Below are positions 8,877-18,086 of a stretch of DNA of 32,000 bases, in pieces. The DNA lies in contig CP149973.1 of NCBI GenBank assembly GCA_029269845.2, positions 1,320,001-1,352,000 on the forward strand, written 5' to 3'. Numbering within the stretch: the first letter of the stretch is position 1; each line of letters begins with the position of its first letter. A program made the translations under genes and the position numbers. The DNA comes from Opitutia bacterium KCR 482. GTDB taxonomy: Bacteria > Verrucomicrobiota > Verrucomicrobiia > Opitutales > Intestinicryptomonadaceae. A model generated the notes under the pieces. It saw only the letters and a program-made list of their open reading frames with translations, was not told where the DNA came from and searched no databases.

Positions 8877-8913
8877 AAGCGGAAACTTCCGAAGCGAAGC
8901 TTCCGCTTTTTTT
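8877..8913 (+). terminator. Rho-independent terminator after the oxidoreductase (probably bidirectional)
   Basis: AAGCGGAA (8877-8884) pairs with TTCCGCTT (8901-8908), with an inner CTTC/GAAG extension, followed by a T-run to 8913. It sits between convergent genes. Confidence 0.8.
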
Positions 8914-8938
8914 GCGCCGCGCAAAACGCCAAACGCCG

Positions 8939-10147
8939 CTAACGCGGGGAGACAAAGAAAAGCGGGCAGTCTTGCGAAACCGCCTTGAACGTCTCGAACG
9001 AAATCCACGAGGGCGCAACGTCGCCGTCGCTCCAAGAATCGGAAACCGCAAGCTCTTTCGTCGCCCTGTTGTAGCCAACGACAAGACACACATGCGCGGA
9101 ATCGGCGTTCATGCCGCCTATTTTCGGCTTCCGCTCCTTGCGGCAAAACTTCGCCCACTCTTTGAAGTCGGCGGCTTCGCGCTCCTTTGTGCGAGCGCGG
9201 CGGGCGGAAACGTATTCGGCGGGCGAAAACATCAGCCACAGCATGGGAACGCCCGCGTCGATATTCTTGGAAATTTGGGAGAAATCGCGCTTTGCGCCGC
9301 CGAATTTCAGCTTGTTCGCGCGGGCGATTTTCGAGATGGCGTCGGCAGCGTTGTCGAGCGTTGTGCCTCCGCCGACGCCCGTTTTGAAGAGGTCGGCAAG
9401 CTTGTGCATGTCGATGTCGGCAAGCCCGTTATGGAGGAGCAGCCGCTCGACCGTGGCGGGAAAGCAGTAGCCTTTCGCGCCCTGATTTACCATGGGAACG
9501 TTGACCACAACGTCGCCGTTTGCCGACTTTTCGACGGAGTCGGCAAGATTCTTTTTGCCCGAAGCCTGCTGTTTTTCGGCGGGCTTTTCGGCAAGCGCGG
9601 CGGGCGGAACGGCCTGCATTATAATGAACTCTTTGTCCTCGAACGCCACGCGGATTGTCGCCGACGGGCAATTCCACTGCTTTGCGCGGATTTTCGCCGC
9701 ACCGCCGCCGATGTGCGAGTTTTCGGCCGCGCCGAACGCCGCAGAAAGTTTTTTGAAAAGCTCCCTTGCGTCGGAGCGCATTTTTGCGGCGGTCCGGCTG
9801 TTCCATTTGCCGTCTTTTACGGAGTCGCCCTTGTTGAAAAAGACGATTTTCACCGACGAAATTTTGCCGTTGGCGTATTCGAATTTTATCTCGTTTGCGT
9901 CAACGCCGAATATTTTTTGACCTATGGCGCACGACAAAATTCCGCCGTCGCGCGTCTTGGTTTCGCCGCCGCCGATTTTCAGGCGCGATCTCAATTCTTC
10001 GGGCGATTCGCTCCAAATTTTTCCGTCGAGAAAAACGGGAACGCCCGCGACGGCGTCGATAGGCGGCGCGGCGAAAACCCGCGGCGCAAAAGCCGCAAAA
10101 AACAAGACAAGAAAAAACGCCGCCGCTTTAAAATATCCGCTTTTCAT
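8939..10147 (-). CDS. Secreted protein with a C-terminal papain-like (C39-like) cysteine peptidase domain
   Basis: The ATG at 10147 gives the signal peptide MKSGYFKAAAFFLVLFFAAFAPRVFAAP. The C-terminal half has NQGAKGYCFPAT (Gln...Cys), SAHVCLVVGYN (His) and SDSW, consistent with a papain-fold catalytic arrangement. The N-terminal ~200 aa are unassigned. Confidence 0.5.
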   Translation of the reverse strand: MKSGYFKAAAFFLVLFFAAFAPRVFAAPPIDAVAGVPVFLDGKIWSESPEELRSRLKIGGGETKTRDGGILSCAIGQKIFGVDANEIKFEYANGKISSVKIVFFNKGDSVKDGKWNSRTAAKMRSDARELFKKLSAAFGAAENSHIGGGAAKIRAKQWNCPSATIRVAFEDKEFIIMQAVPPAALAEKPAEKQQASGKKNLADSVEKSANGDVVVNVPMVNQGAKGYCFPATVERLLLHNGLADIDMHKLADLFKTGVGGGTTLDNAADAISKIARANKLKFGGAKRDFSQISKNIDAGVPMLWLMFSPAEYVSARRARTKEREAADFKEWAKFCRKERKPKIGGMNADSAHVCLVVGYNRATKELAVSDSWSDGDVAPSWISFETFKAVSQDCPLFFVSPR

Positions 10148-10281
10148 GGCGCAAAAATTAAACTTCCGCCAAAAAGACGCAAGACTTTTCGGGCAAGCAG
10201 CTCCTCCGAATTTCCCGCATTTTCTGACAAGCGCACAAAAACGCAATGGCATTCCAAACGCCGCGCACGACCGCTCGGCAC

Positions 10282-10315
10282 AAAAAAAAGGCGCGTCGGT
10301 ATTTGCCGATGCGCC
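10282..10315 (-). terminator. Rho-independent terminator of the DEAD-box helicase gene
   Basis: GC-rich hairpin at 10290-10315 (GGCGC.TCGG / CCGA.GCGCC, one internal mismatch on the minus RNA), followed on the minus strand by U8 (A-run 10282-10289). It lies 25 nt after the stop. Confidence 0.7.
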
Positions 10316-10339
10316 CGTTGGGTTAGATGTTTTGCGCCT

Positions 10340-11884
10340 TTATTTGCGGAGGCTATCTCTTAGTTTTTGCCAGAACGACGCTTTCTTTTTTCCGCCGCGC
10401 GTCCTGTCGGGGAGCGAAGTCATGCCCGCCGCCTTCATTTTGCGTTTGAGCATGCCGCCGATTTTTTCGCCGCCGCGTTTGCCGTTTGGCTTTGCGCCTT
10501 TCGTTGCGCCCTTGGCGTTCTGCCCCGCGTTTTTGGCGTCGGGCTTCGCCTGTTGGCGGATTTTCTTTGAGGGCACGCTTCCGCCGTAGTATTCGCCGCC
10601 GTCGGATTTTTTCTGGCACGAGCCTTTTGTGCGCGCATAATTCTTTTCGGCGTCGCGCTTTTTCTGTCCGCCGCCCGAAAGCTTTGCGGCAAGCGCGGTT
10701 TTGAGCGTCGCCGCGTTCTGCGCCGCCTCGGAATGGAAGGGGTTGTCCGCCATCACGTCGATGCGCTTTTTTATGAACTTTTCCACCGACTTGAAAAGCG
10801 GAGCGTCGTCGGAGGTGCAGAACGAAACCGATTCGCCGTCCGCCTCGGCGCGGGCGGTGCGCCCTATTCTGTGGACGTATGTTTCGGGGTCTTCGGGGAG
10901 GTCGTAGTTGACGACAAGCGACATGTCCTTGACGTCGATTCCGCGGGCGGCGATGTCGGTCGCCACAAGAATGTGCGACTCGCGCCGCTTGAAGCGTTCG
11001 AGCGCGTTTTTGCGCGCCGACTGCGACTTGTTTCCGTGTATCGCGTCCGCCTCAATCCCGATTCGGCAGAGACGTTTTGCCAGCTTGTTTGCGCCGTGTT
11101 TTGTGCGGCAGAAAATCAGCGCGAGCGAATCCGCCGATTTTTCGAGCCGCGCTTTCATCATGTGTTCGAGCAGGTCGAACTTGTTTTCGAGGTTCACGAA
11201 CGCGACCTTTTGCGCGATTTTATCGACGGTCGGCTTGTCGGGCGAAACCGAAATTTTTTCGGGGTTGTCCACAATGTTTTTCGCGAGAGCCTCGACCTCT
11301 TTCGAGAGCGTCGCGGAAAACAGCAGAGACTGGCGTTTTTTGGGAAGCTCGCGGCAGATTTTCCTGATGTCGTTTATGAAGCCCATGTCGAGCATTCTGT
11401 CAGCCTCGTCGAGCACGAGAAATTCCACGCCGCCGAATTCGAGCTTGCGCTGGTTGAAAAGGTCGAGCAGGCGGCCGGGGGTCGCCACAAGAATGTCCAC
11501 GCCGTTTGCGAGCAGTTTCACCTGCGGGTTTTGCGACACCCCGCCGTAAATTTTGCAGTGGCTTAAATCCATGCTTCTGCCGAAGAGGGCGATGTTCGAG
11601 TCTATCTGCTCGGCAAGCTCGCGCGTGGGGGTAAGAATCAGGGCGCGGAACTGTTTGGGGCGCGGATAGTTTCCGCCCTCTTCGAGCATCTGCATAATCG
11701 GGAGCGCGAATGCCGCGGTTTTGCCCGTGCCCGTCTGGGCGCAGCCGAAGAGGTCGCGCCGCGCCAAAATCACGGGTATTGCGCGCGACTGTATCGGCGA
11801 CGGTTTTTCGTAGCCCGCGTTTTCGACCGCGCGGAGCGTTTTTTCCGACAGCCCCAAGCCGCCGAAATTCGTTTTGTTTTCCAT
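10340..11884 (-). CDS. DEAD-box ATP-dependent RNA helicase (RhlE-like) with a Lys/Gly-rich basic C-terminal tail
   Basis: Q-motif GYEKPSPIQ, motif I AQTGTGKT, PTRELA, motif II DEAD (LVLDEADRMLDMGF), SAT and HRIGRTAR. The ATG at 11884 (MENKTNF) has an AGGAAA RBS. The 223 upstream codons in the track ORF are Arg/Ser/Pro-rich and antisense to the next gene, so I rejected them. Confidence 0.9.
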   Translation of the reverse strand: MENKTNFGGLGLSEKTLRAVENAGYEKPSPIQSRAIPVILARRDLFGCAQTGTGKTAAFALPIMQMLEEGGNYPRPKQFRALILTPTRELAEQIDSNIALFGRSMDLSHCKIYGGVSQNPQVKLLANGVDILVATPGRLLDLFNQRKLEFGGVEFLVLDEADRMLDMGFINDIRKICRELPKKRQSLLFSATLSKEVEALAKNIVDNPEKISVSPDKPTVDKIAQKVAFVNLENKFDLLEHMMKARLEKSADSLALIFCRTKHGANKLAKRLCRIGIEADAIHGNKSQSARKNALERFKRRESHILVATDIAARGIDVKDMSLVVNYDLPEDPETYVHRIGRTARAEADGESVSFCTSDDAPLFKSVEKFIKKRIDVMADNPFHSEAAQNAATLKTALAAKLSGGGQKKRDAEKNYARTKGSCQKKSDGGEYYGGSVPSKKIRQQAKPDAKNAGQNAKGATKGAKPNGKRGGEKIGGMLKRKMKAAGMTSLPDRTRGGKKKASFWQKLRDSLRK

Positions 11885-12023
11885 GTCTTTCCTTTCGGGG
11901 TTGCGCGCCCGAATGATAAATCGGAAACGTTCCGCAATCGGCGCGCCCGCACTCCGCCGCTTTCGGGCGTAAAAAATGCGATTGAACGACCATTTACAAT
12001 TTGCTATTGCTTGCAACATTATT

Positions 12024-13064
12024 ATGGAAAATTTTTCGGAAAAGATAACGTGGTTCATGCCGCGTCCGCCGCGCAAATTCCTCAAACGCGGCGCGGGTCT
12101 GCCGCGCGGGCGCGAGTTTTTTGCGTGCGGCAGGGACGCGTTGCGGAGGGCGTTAAAGCTCGAAAAATTTTGCCGCCCGCGCAGGCTCTGGATTCCCGAA
12201 TTTTTCTGCCCGAGCGTTGCGCGTACGCTCCGCGCCGACTTCGACGTGCGCTTTTTTTGCGACCTGCCCTCCGAACCGGCTCCGCGCTTCGAAACAATAG
12301 GCGCAGAAGACGGCGACGCCGTTCTCATTGTAAATTTTTTCGGGCTTCGCGACGCCGAGACATGGAGCGAATGGCTCTCCGAACACGGCGGGGTTGTGCC
12401 GATTTTCGACCACTCGCACGCGCCGTTTTCAAGCTGGGCGGAATCGGAAACGCGCGGGTATTCGTTTGCGTCGCTGCGCAAAACGCTTCCGCTGCCCGAC
12501 GGCGGCTTTCTGAAATCGGAAAGCCCCGCGAAGATGTTCCTTGCGGGCGGCACTCCCGCCGACTTCGCAGCCGACGCCGCGTCGGGCGAGCTGCTCGACT
12601 CGTTCGCGGGCTACGACGCCGCCGAGGCGTTCTACTATTCTGGCGAAAACAAGCTCGACGGACGCAGGGGGATTTCGAGAATGTCGAAGTACTCGCTTGC
12701 TGTCCTCGAAAATTTCGACGCGGGAAAGGCGGCGCGCGCTACGTTCCGCAATCTTAAAATTTTTTGCGAAAACCTCAAAGCGTCTAAAAACTACACCGAG
12801 CTGAACGCGGCGTTCGGAAACCTATCCGACCCGTTCCGCGCGTTCTCGCCCGCGCTCAAATTCGCCGACATGCGCGCGCGCGACAGATACCACAACGCGC
12901 TCTACGCGGCTGGCGCAAAGCCGTCAATCTACTGGGGCGGGCTGGGCAACGCGGTCTCGCCGCGCGCGCGGAAGGAAAGCGACACCACTTTCGTTATCCC
13001 GCTCGACTTCCGCCACTCGGAAGACGACGCGTTCAGGCTTGCGGAATTTGTGTCGAATCTCTGA
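12024..13064 (+). CDS. DegT/DnrJ/EryC1-like PLP-dependent aminotransferase-fold protein (divergent)
   Basis: The order of segments GRDALRRALKL, LWIPEFFCPSV, AVLIVNFFG, IFDHSHA and SFASLRKTLPLPDGGFL mirrors the DegT-family blocks, including the SF..K...GEGG Lys region. Start uncertain (ATG at 11976 or 12024). The 3' end overlaps the convergent gluQ by 32 nt. Confidence 0.5.
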   Translation: MENFSEKITWFMPRPPRKFLKRGAGLPRGREFFACGRDALRRALKLEKFCRPRRLWIPEFFCPSVARTLRADFDVRFFCDLPSEPAPRFETIGAEDGDAVLIVNFFGLRDAETWSEWLSEHGGVVPIFDHSHAPFSSWAESETRGYSFASLRKTLPLPDGGFLKSESPAKMFLAGGTPADFAADAASGELLDSFAGYDAAEAFYYSGENKLDGRRGISRMSKYSLAVLENFDAGKAARATFRNLKIFCENLKASKNYTELNAAFGNLSDPFRAFSPALKFADMRARDRYHNALYAAGAKPSIYWGGLGNAVSPRARKESDTTFVIPLDFRHSEDDAFRLAEFVSNL

Positions 13065-13914
13065 GTTCGCGCAGTTTTGCGGCGTCGAGGTTGCAAATCA
13101 GCATTTTGTTTTCGGCGGATTTCGACATAGACGACTTCGAAAGTTTTGCGCCGTCGCCGCCTCGCACAAGCGGGCAGTGGAAAAATTCGGGAACGGAAAA
13201 TCCCAACGCGCGGTACAGCAAAATTTGCCGCGCGGTCGAAAGAAGCAAATCCAATCCGCGCACGGCTTCGGTGATTTCCATGGCGGCGTCGTCCGCGACA
13301 ACGGCAAGCTCGTACGACGGCTCGCCGCTTTTGCGCCACACGAGGAAATCGCCGAAATCCGCGCCAGCGGCAAAGGACATTTGCCCGCAGTTGTTGTCGC
13401 AAAATCCGATTTCCGCGCCGAACGGCACGGCGAAACGCCAGTTTGCAAAACGCGGATTTTCAATGTCGGCGGTTCGGCGCGGATCGGAGCGCATTTCGGG
13501 GGGAAAGATTTTTTCGGGCGAAGCGAAGTCGAATTTTCTTTCGGGGAATTTTCCAGCCGCGGCGATTTCCGCCCGCGACGCTTCGCAGGGATACACAAAG
13601 CCCATGTCGGAAAGTTTTTCCACCAAGCTCCAATAATAGCCTAAGCGCAGGCTCTGCTCGTAGGGAGCAAACTTTCCGCCGACGCCCCAGCCCTCGTCCC
13701 AATCCAAGCCGATTGCGGAGATGTCCCGCGCGGCGGCGGCGGAATATTCGGGGCGGCAGCGGGCGCGGTCGATGTCCTCCATGCGTAAAACGATTTTCCC
13801 GCCGCGCCTGCGGGCGCGTTTCCACGCGGTTATGAACGTTGCGGCGTGCCCGACGTGCAGAAGCCCCGACGGCGTGGGCGCGATTCTCCCGCGGTATGTC
13901 GCGGAACGGCTCAT
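13033..13914 (-). CDS. gluQ: Glutamyl-Q tRNA(Asp) synthetase (GluRS catalytic-domain paralog)
   Basis: RIAPTPSGLLHVGH (HIGH motif), KLSKS motif, and a length of 293 aa with no anticodon-binding domain. The start overlaps the uvrC stop (ATGA at 13911-13914). Confidence 0.85.
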   Translation of the reverse strand: MSRSATYRGRIAPTPSGLLHVGHAATFITAWKRARRRGGKIVLRMEDIDRARCRPEYSAAAARDISAIGLDWDEGWGVGGKFAPYEQSLRLGYYWSLVEKLSDMGFVYPCEASRAEIAAAGKFPERKFDFASPEKIFPPEMRSDPRRTADIENPRFANWRFAVPFGAEIGFCDNNCGQMSFAAGADFGDFLVWRKSGEPSYELAVVADDAAMEITEAVRGLDLLLSTARQILLYRALGFSVPEFFHCPLVRGGDGAKLSKSSMSKSAENKMLICNLDAAKLRELRDSTQIPQA

Positions 13915-15419
13915 TGTTTGGGCGGGGAGGAGTCGGGAAAATTCGAGTCGAGAAATTCGCGCAGTTCGCGGGCGGTCTCGAAGCCTATTCCGTCAACCTC
14001 GCGCAGCTGCGCGATTGTCGCGGTCTTGATTTTCGCAATAGAGCCGAAATGTTTCAGGAGGGCGACTCTGCGCTTTTCGCCCAAGCCGCTGAAATCGTCG
14101 AGAATGCTCTCGCGGATTTTGCGCGAGCGCAGGGACTCGCTGAACGAGTTTGCGAACCTGTGCGCCTCGTCGCGCACGCGTTGCAGAAGCTTCAAGCCCT
14201 CGTGGCGGCGCGACAGCAGGATTTCCTCGAAATTGTCGGTTATAATTGTCTCTTCGCGCTTGGCAAGCCCCGCGATTGTCGGCGGCTTTATGCCCGCCTC
14301 GTCAAAGGCTTTCATCGCAGAAAACACCTGCCCCTTGCCGCCGTCGATTAGCACGAGGTCGGGCATGGGGCTGCCCTGTTCGGCGAGGCGCGAATACCGA
14401 CGCCCGACGACCTCTTTCATTGCGCGAAAGTCGTCGTTGCCGACGAACGACTTTATCTTGAAGCGGCGGTATTTATTCTTTGCGGGCTCGCCGTCGTCGA
14501 AATGCACCATCGACGCCACGCAGAAGCTTCCCGAAATGTGCGAGATGTCGAAGCATTCTATGCTGCGCGGCTCGCGCGGAAGTTTGAGCGTCTTTTTGAG
14601 CGAGTCCATCGCGAGAATCGCGACGTCTGCCGACGAGCGCGAGATGTCCGCCGAAACTCCGCCGCGGGCGTTTGCCTCGCGCGTTTCGAGCACCGCGGAA
14701 ACGAGGTCGCGCCACTTCGCCGCCTTTTCGTATTCGAAGGCTTCGGCTGCCTCGCGCATTTTCGCGGTGGCGTTTTCTATGATTTCGCCGTTTTTATCCT
14801 CCAAAAACGCGAGGGCGGCGGAGACGCGCTGCTTGTATTCCTCCTCCGACACCACGTTTTCGAAGCCCGAAATTTCTCCGCGGGCGTCGTCGTACAAAAG
14901 CCAGCGGCCGTCGTCGAGCCGCTTGGGGTGGGCGTCGGAAAGCAGAATGCCGAACTTCTTTTTAATTTCGTTGAGCGCGCCGCGCAACGCGGTCGTGCCG
15001 AGGTAGGGGCCGAAATACAGCGAGCCGTCGTCCTTGCGGTTGCGGGCGAACGTGAAGCGCGGGAGCTTCGAAAACATTTCGACGCGCAGGTGCAGGAAGT
15101 TTTTGTTGTCCTTTTCGAGCGTGTTGTAGCGCGGCTTCCACTGTTTGATTAGCTTGCTTTCGAGGATTAACGCCTCGGCTTCGGAGCGCGTGTTAACGAA
15201 GTCGAAGTCGGCAATGCAGTCTATCAGAGAGGAGACTTTCGGGTTGGACGCGCGGGTCTTGTACGACGCCGTGAAATACTGGCTCACCCTGCGGCGCAGA
15301 TTCAGCGCCTTGCCGATGTATATCACGTTTCCGAGCGAGTCTTTCATGATATACACGCCGCTTGTGGTAGGCAAACGCCTGACCTTTTCCGAAAGGGTAT
15401 GCCTGCCGTCGGAGTCCAT
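13911..15419 (-). CDS. uvrC: Excinuclease ABC subunit C (shorter than the ~600-aa norm)
   Basis: GIY-YIG N-terminus (SGVYIMKD...VIYIGKALNLRRRV), UVR motif (EYEKAAKWRD), the C-terminal endonuclease region (IECFDISH...LIDGGKGQ) and a terminal HhH pair (GLGEKRRVALLKHFGS...VDGIGFETA). Length 502 aa. The linker between the UVR motif and the IECFDISH block looks shortened. Confidence 0.85.
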   Translation of the reverse strand: MDSDGRHTLSEKVRRLPTTSGVYIMKDSLGNVIYIGKALNLRRRVSQYFTASYKTRASNPKVSSLIDCIADFDFVNTRSEAEALILESKLIKQWKPRYNTLEKDNKNFLHLRVEMFSKLPRFTFARNRKDDGSLYFGPYLGTTALRGALNEIKKKFGILLSDAHPKRLDDGRWLLYDDARGEISGFENVVSEEEYKQRVSAALAFLEDKNGEIIENATAKMREAAEAFEYEKAAKWRDLVSAVLETREANARGGVSADISRSSADVAILAMDSLKKTLKLPREPRSIECFDISHISGSFCVASMVHFDDGEPAKNKYRRFKIKSFVGNDDFRAMKEVVGRRYSRLAEQGSPMPDLVLIDGGKGQVFSAMKAFDEAGIKPPTIAGLAKREETIITDNFEEILLSRRHEGLKLLQRVRDEAHRFANSFSESLRSRKIRESILDDFSGLGEKRRVALLKHFGSIAKIKTATIAQLREVDGIGFETARELREFLDSNFPDSSPPKQ

Positions 15420-18007
15420 CAGAAAAACGAGAGCTGTTTGAAGTTGCTTTCGCCGTCGGGCGGAGTCTGGCGCGGGCGGCGTTTTGCCTTGGGCTTGCGG
15501 ACGCCGCCGAGGTTGTCAACAATGCCGTCGCCCTCGGCTTCAAGCTCGGAGAGAATGCGCTTTGCGCGGTCGATGACCTTTTCGGGAAGCCCCGCAAGCC
15601 GCGCGACCTGAATGCCGTACGACTTGTCCGCCGCGCCCTTTTCTATTCTGCGCACGAAAATTATTTCGTCGTTCCACTCCTTGACGCAGACGCGGTAGTT
15701 TGCCAGTCGCGGCAGGGTTTCCTCCAGCTTCGTGATTTCGTGGTAGTGCGTTGCGAAAAGCGTTTTCGGGCCCTGCGCGCCGTCGCCGTGAATGAACTCC
15801 GCGACAGCCCACGCGATGCTAAGGCCGTCGTAGGTGCTTGTGCCGCGCCCGATTTCGTCGAGAATGATTAGCGAGCGGTCGGTTGCGTTGTTCAAGATGT
15901 TCGCGGTTTCGTTCATTTCGACCATGAACGTGGAGTTGCCGCGCGAGAGTTCGTCGGACGCGCCCACGCGGCTGAAAATTCTGTCCACAACGCCCATGCG
16001 GCAACGCTTTGCGGGCACGAAACAGCCCGTCTGCGCCATGAGCGCGATGAGCGCGATTTGCCTGATGTACGTAGATTTGCCCGCCATGTTCGGCCCCGTA
16101 ATCAGGGCAATCTGCTCGCCCGACGACGAAAGGAAAGTGTCGTTGGGCACAAAGGAATCGGTGCGGGCAAGCCCCATGCCGTCGCGGCGGAGCATTTGCT
16201 CCACGACGGGGTGGCGGCCGTCGTAGATTTCTATTGCGTCGGACTCGTCGACATCGGGCTTGCAGTAGTCCCACTCGCGCGAGAGCTCCGCCCAGCCCCT
16301 GAAAACGTCGATTTGCGCGAGCAGCTCGGAGGTCGCGGCGAGCGCGTCGGAATATTGCAGAACGTCGGAGACAAGCTGCTGGAAAATCGCCTCCTCGCGC
16401 CGCTTGGAAAGCTCCTCCGCGTGCAGGATTTCGCGCTCCTTTTGGCGGAGCGACTCCGTCGTGAAACGCTCGGCGTTTGTCATCGTCTGCTTCCTGATGT
16501 ATTCGGGCGGGACTTGCGGGAGATAGGATTTTGTTATCTCGATAAAATACCCGAACGCGCCGTTGTATTTTACGCGGAGGTTTTTTATGCCCGTGCGGTT
16601 TTGCTCCTCGCGTTCGAGGTCGGCAAGCCACGTCATGTTGTCGCTCGAAAGCGAGCGCAGGCGGTCAAGCTCGGCGTCGAAGCCCTCGCGGATTGCGCCG
16701 CCGTCCTGAATTTTCGACGGAACGTCGTCGGAAAGCGCGCGCGAAAGAAGAGATTGCAGGGCGGAGAAATCGCCGATTTCAGCCGCCGCCTTTGAGCACA
16801 AAGAGCCGCCAACGCGCGACAAAATCTCCCTTATGGGCTCGAACTGCTCGACCGTCGTCTGTATCGCGGAAAGCTCGCGCGGGTTGCGCACTTTATTTTG
16901 CAGGCGCGAGAGTATCCTCGGAATGTCGCGAACCTGCGAAAGTCTTTCGGCAAGGCGCGAGCATTCGGCGGGGGCGGCGTAAAGCTCCCACACGGTGTCC
17001 TGCCTGCGCTTAATCTCGGCGGGTTCGATTGTAGGCGCGGAAAGGTACGCCTCCAAGAGCCTTGCGCCCGCCGCGGTCTGGGTTCTGTCCATGACGGAAA
17101 TCAGGCTGCCCTCTCGCCCGCCGGTCGTCGCCCTGAAAATTTCGAGGTTGCGCTGCGTGGAAGGGTCGATAAGCACGCACTTTTTGCCCGAAAACTTGCG
17201 GAGAGTCCTTAGGTTTTGCGGACGCCCGCGCAGGTTCTCGGTTGCGTAGAAAACGAGCGCGCCCGCGGGGCCCGTCAGCCGCGAGCCGCGGGCTATGCCG
17301 AAGCCCTCCAAGCCCAAGACTCCCAAAGTTTCGCGGATTTGCGCCGCCCCCCACGCGGGTTCGAAGCGGTAGTCGTGCAGAAGCGTTACGGGGGTGATGT
17401 CTATTATCCCCCTGAACAGCGAGTTCCACATCGAAAGCGCGGGGTCATCGCCCCAGCGGCGCGACGCGTCCTCGGGCAAAACTATTTCCTTGGGGCTGCA
17501 CGCCGAAAGTATCGGAAGGAAGTCGGCGGGTGTGTCGAACTCGGCGCAATAGAATTCGGCGGTGCTCAAATCGAGCCACGACGCGTAGAGTTTGTGCGCG
17601 GCGTCGATGTCCAACGCCATGACGAAGTTGCCGTGGCGGCTGTCGAGCTGGCTGTCTTCAATAGTAGTGCCGGGGGTGAGGATTCGCGAAAGCGAGCGTT
17701 TTACAAGCTGTCCGGGCTTGGGAATTTCGTTCTGGTCGCAGATGGCGACTTTCCTGCCCGCCGCGAGAAGCTTCGGAATATATTGGTCGGCGGCGTGGTA
17801 GGGAATGCCCGCCATGGGATAGTTCTGCCGCTTTGTGAGCGTTATGCCGAGTATGCGCGAGCCCTCCACGGCGTCGTCGTAGAACATTTCGTAGAAGTCG
17901 CCGAGCCTGAACAGCAGGATTGTGTCGGACGCAAGCGAGTTGCGCACGCTCCAATACTGCTCCATCATGGGGGTTTGTTTGTCGGACTTTTTTTCGCTCT
18001 TTGCCAT
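15419..18007 (-). CDS. mutS: DNA mismatch repair protein MutS
   Basis: N-terminal TPMMEQYW...GDFYEMF mismatch-binding motif, Walker A GPNMAGKST, Walker B LIILDEIGRGTS and the TH.HE motif ATHYHEI. The extreme C-terminus is QLSFF. The stop shares one base with the uvrC ATG (TGATG). Confidence 0.95.
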   Translation of the reverse strand: MAKSEKKSDKQTPMMEQYWSVRNSLASDTILLFRLGDFYEMFYDDAVEGSRILGITLTKRQNYPMAGIPYHAADQYIPKLLAAGRKVAICDQNEIPKPGQLVKRSLSRILTPGTTIEDSQLDSRHGNFVMALDIDAAHKLYASWLDLSTAEFYCAEFDTPADFLPILSACSPKEIVLPEDASRRWGDDPALSMWNSLFRGIIDITPVTLLHDYRFEPAWGAAQIRETLGVLGLEGFGIARGSRLTGPAGALVFYATENLRGRPQNLRTLRKFSGKKCVLIDPSTQRNLEIFRATTGGREGSLISVMDRTQTAAGARLLEAYLSAPTIEPAEIKRRQDTVWELYAAPAECSRLAERLSQVRDIPRILSRLQNKVRNPRELSAIQTTVEQFEPIREILSRVGGSLCSKAAAEIGDFSALQSLLSRALSDDVPSKIQDGGAIREGFDAELDRLRSLSSDNMTWLADLEREEQNRTGIKNLRVKYNGAFGYFIEITKSYLPQVPPEYIRKQTMTNAERFTTESLRQKEREILHAEELSKRREEAIFQQLVSDVLQYSDALAATSELLAQIDVFRGWAELSREWDYCKPDVDESDAIEIYDGRHPVVEQMLRRDGMGLARTDSFVPNDTFLSSSGEQIALITGPNMAGKSTYIRQIALIALMAQTGCFVPAKRCRMGVVDRIFSRVGASDELSRGNSTFMVEMNETANILNNATDRSLIILDEIGRGTSTYDGLSIAWAVAEFIHGDGAQGPKTLFATHYHEITKLEETLPRLANYRVCVKEWNDEIIFVRRIEKGAADKSYGIQVARLAGLPEKVIDRAKRILSELEAEGDGIVDNLGGVRKPKAKRRPRQTPPDGESNFKQLSFF

Positions 18008-18086
18008 TGAACTTTCCGTCGCTTATTATAGTCTGTATATTTAAAATTAATCCCCCGAAACATTCAACCATTGTTTCAACAAAAAA

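Noticed and set aside
7731-9239. 502-aa ORF on the minus strand
   Set aside because: It is antisense to the well-supported Gfo/Idh/MocA gene and runs through the terminator at 8877-8913. The translation is Arg/Ala/Val-rich with no motifs, which is the typical shadow ORF of high-GC DNA.
8912-10363. 483-aa ORF on the plus strand
   Set aside because: It is antisense to the secreted peptidase gene and crosses the helicase terminator. The composition is Arg/Gly-rich with no recognisable domain.
11885-12553. 223-codon N-terminal extension of the DEAD-box helicase ORF
   Set aside because: The extension is Arg/Ser/Pro-rich and antisense to the DegT-like gene. The helicase Q-motif follows shortly after the internal ATG at 11884, which has a good RBS.
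18057-18077. Small inverted repeat GAAACA-N9-TGTTTC in the mutS / FmdB divergent region
   Set aside because: With only 6-bp arms in an AT-rich promoter region, it could easily arise by chance, and there is no supporting context.
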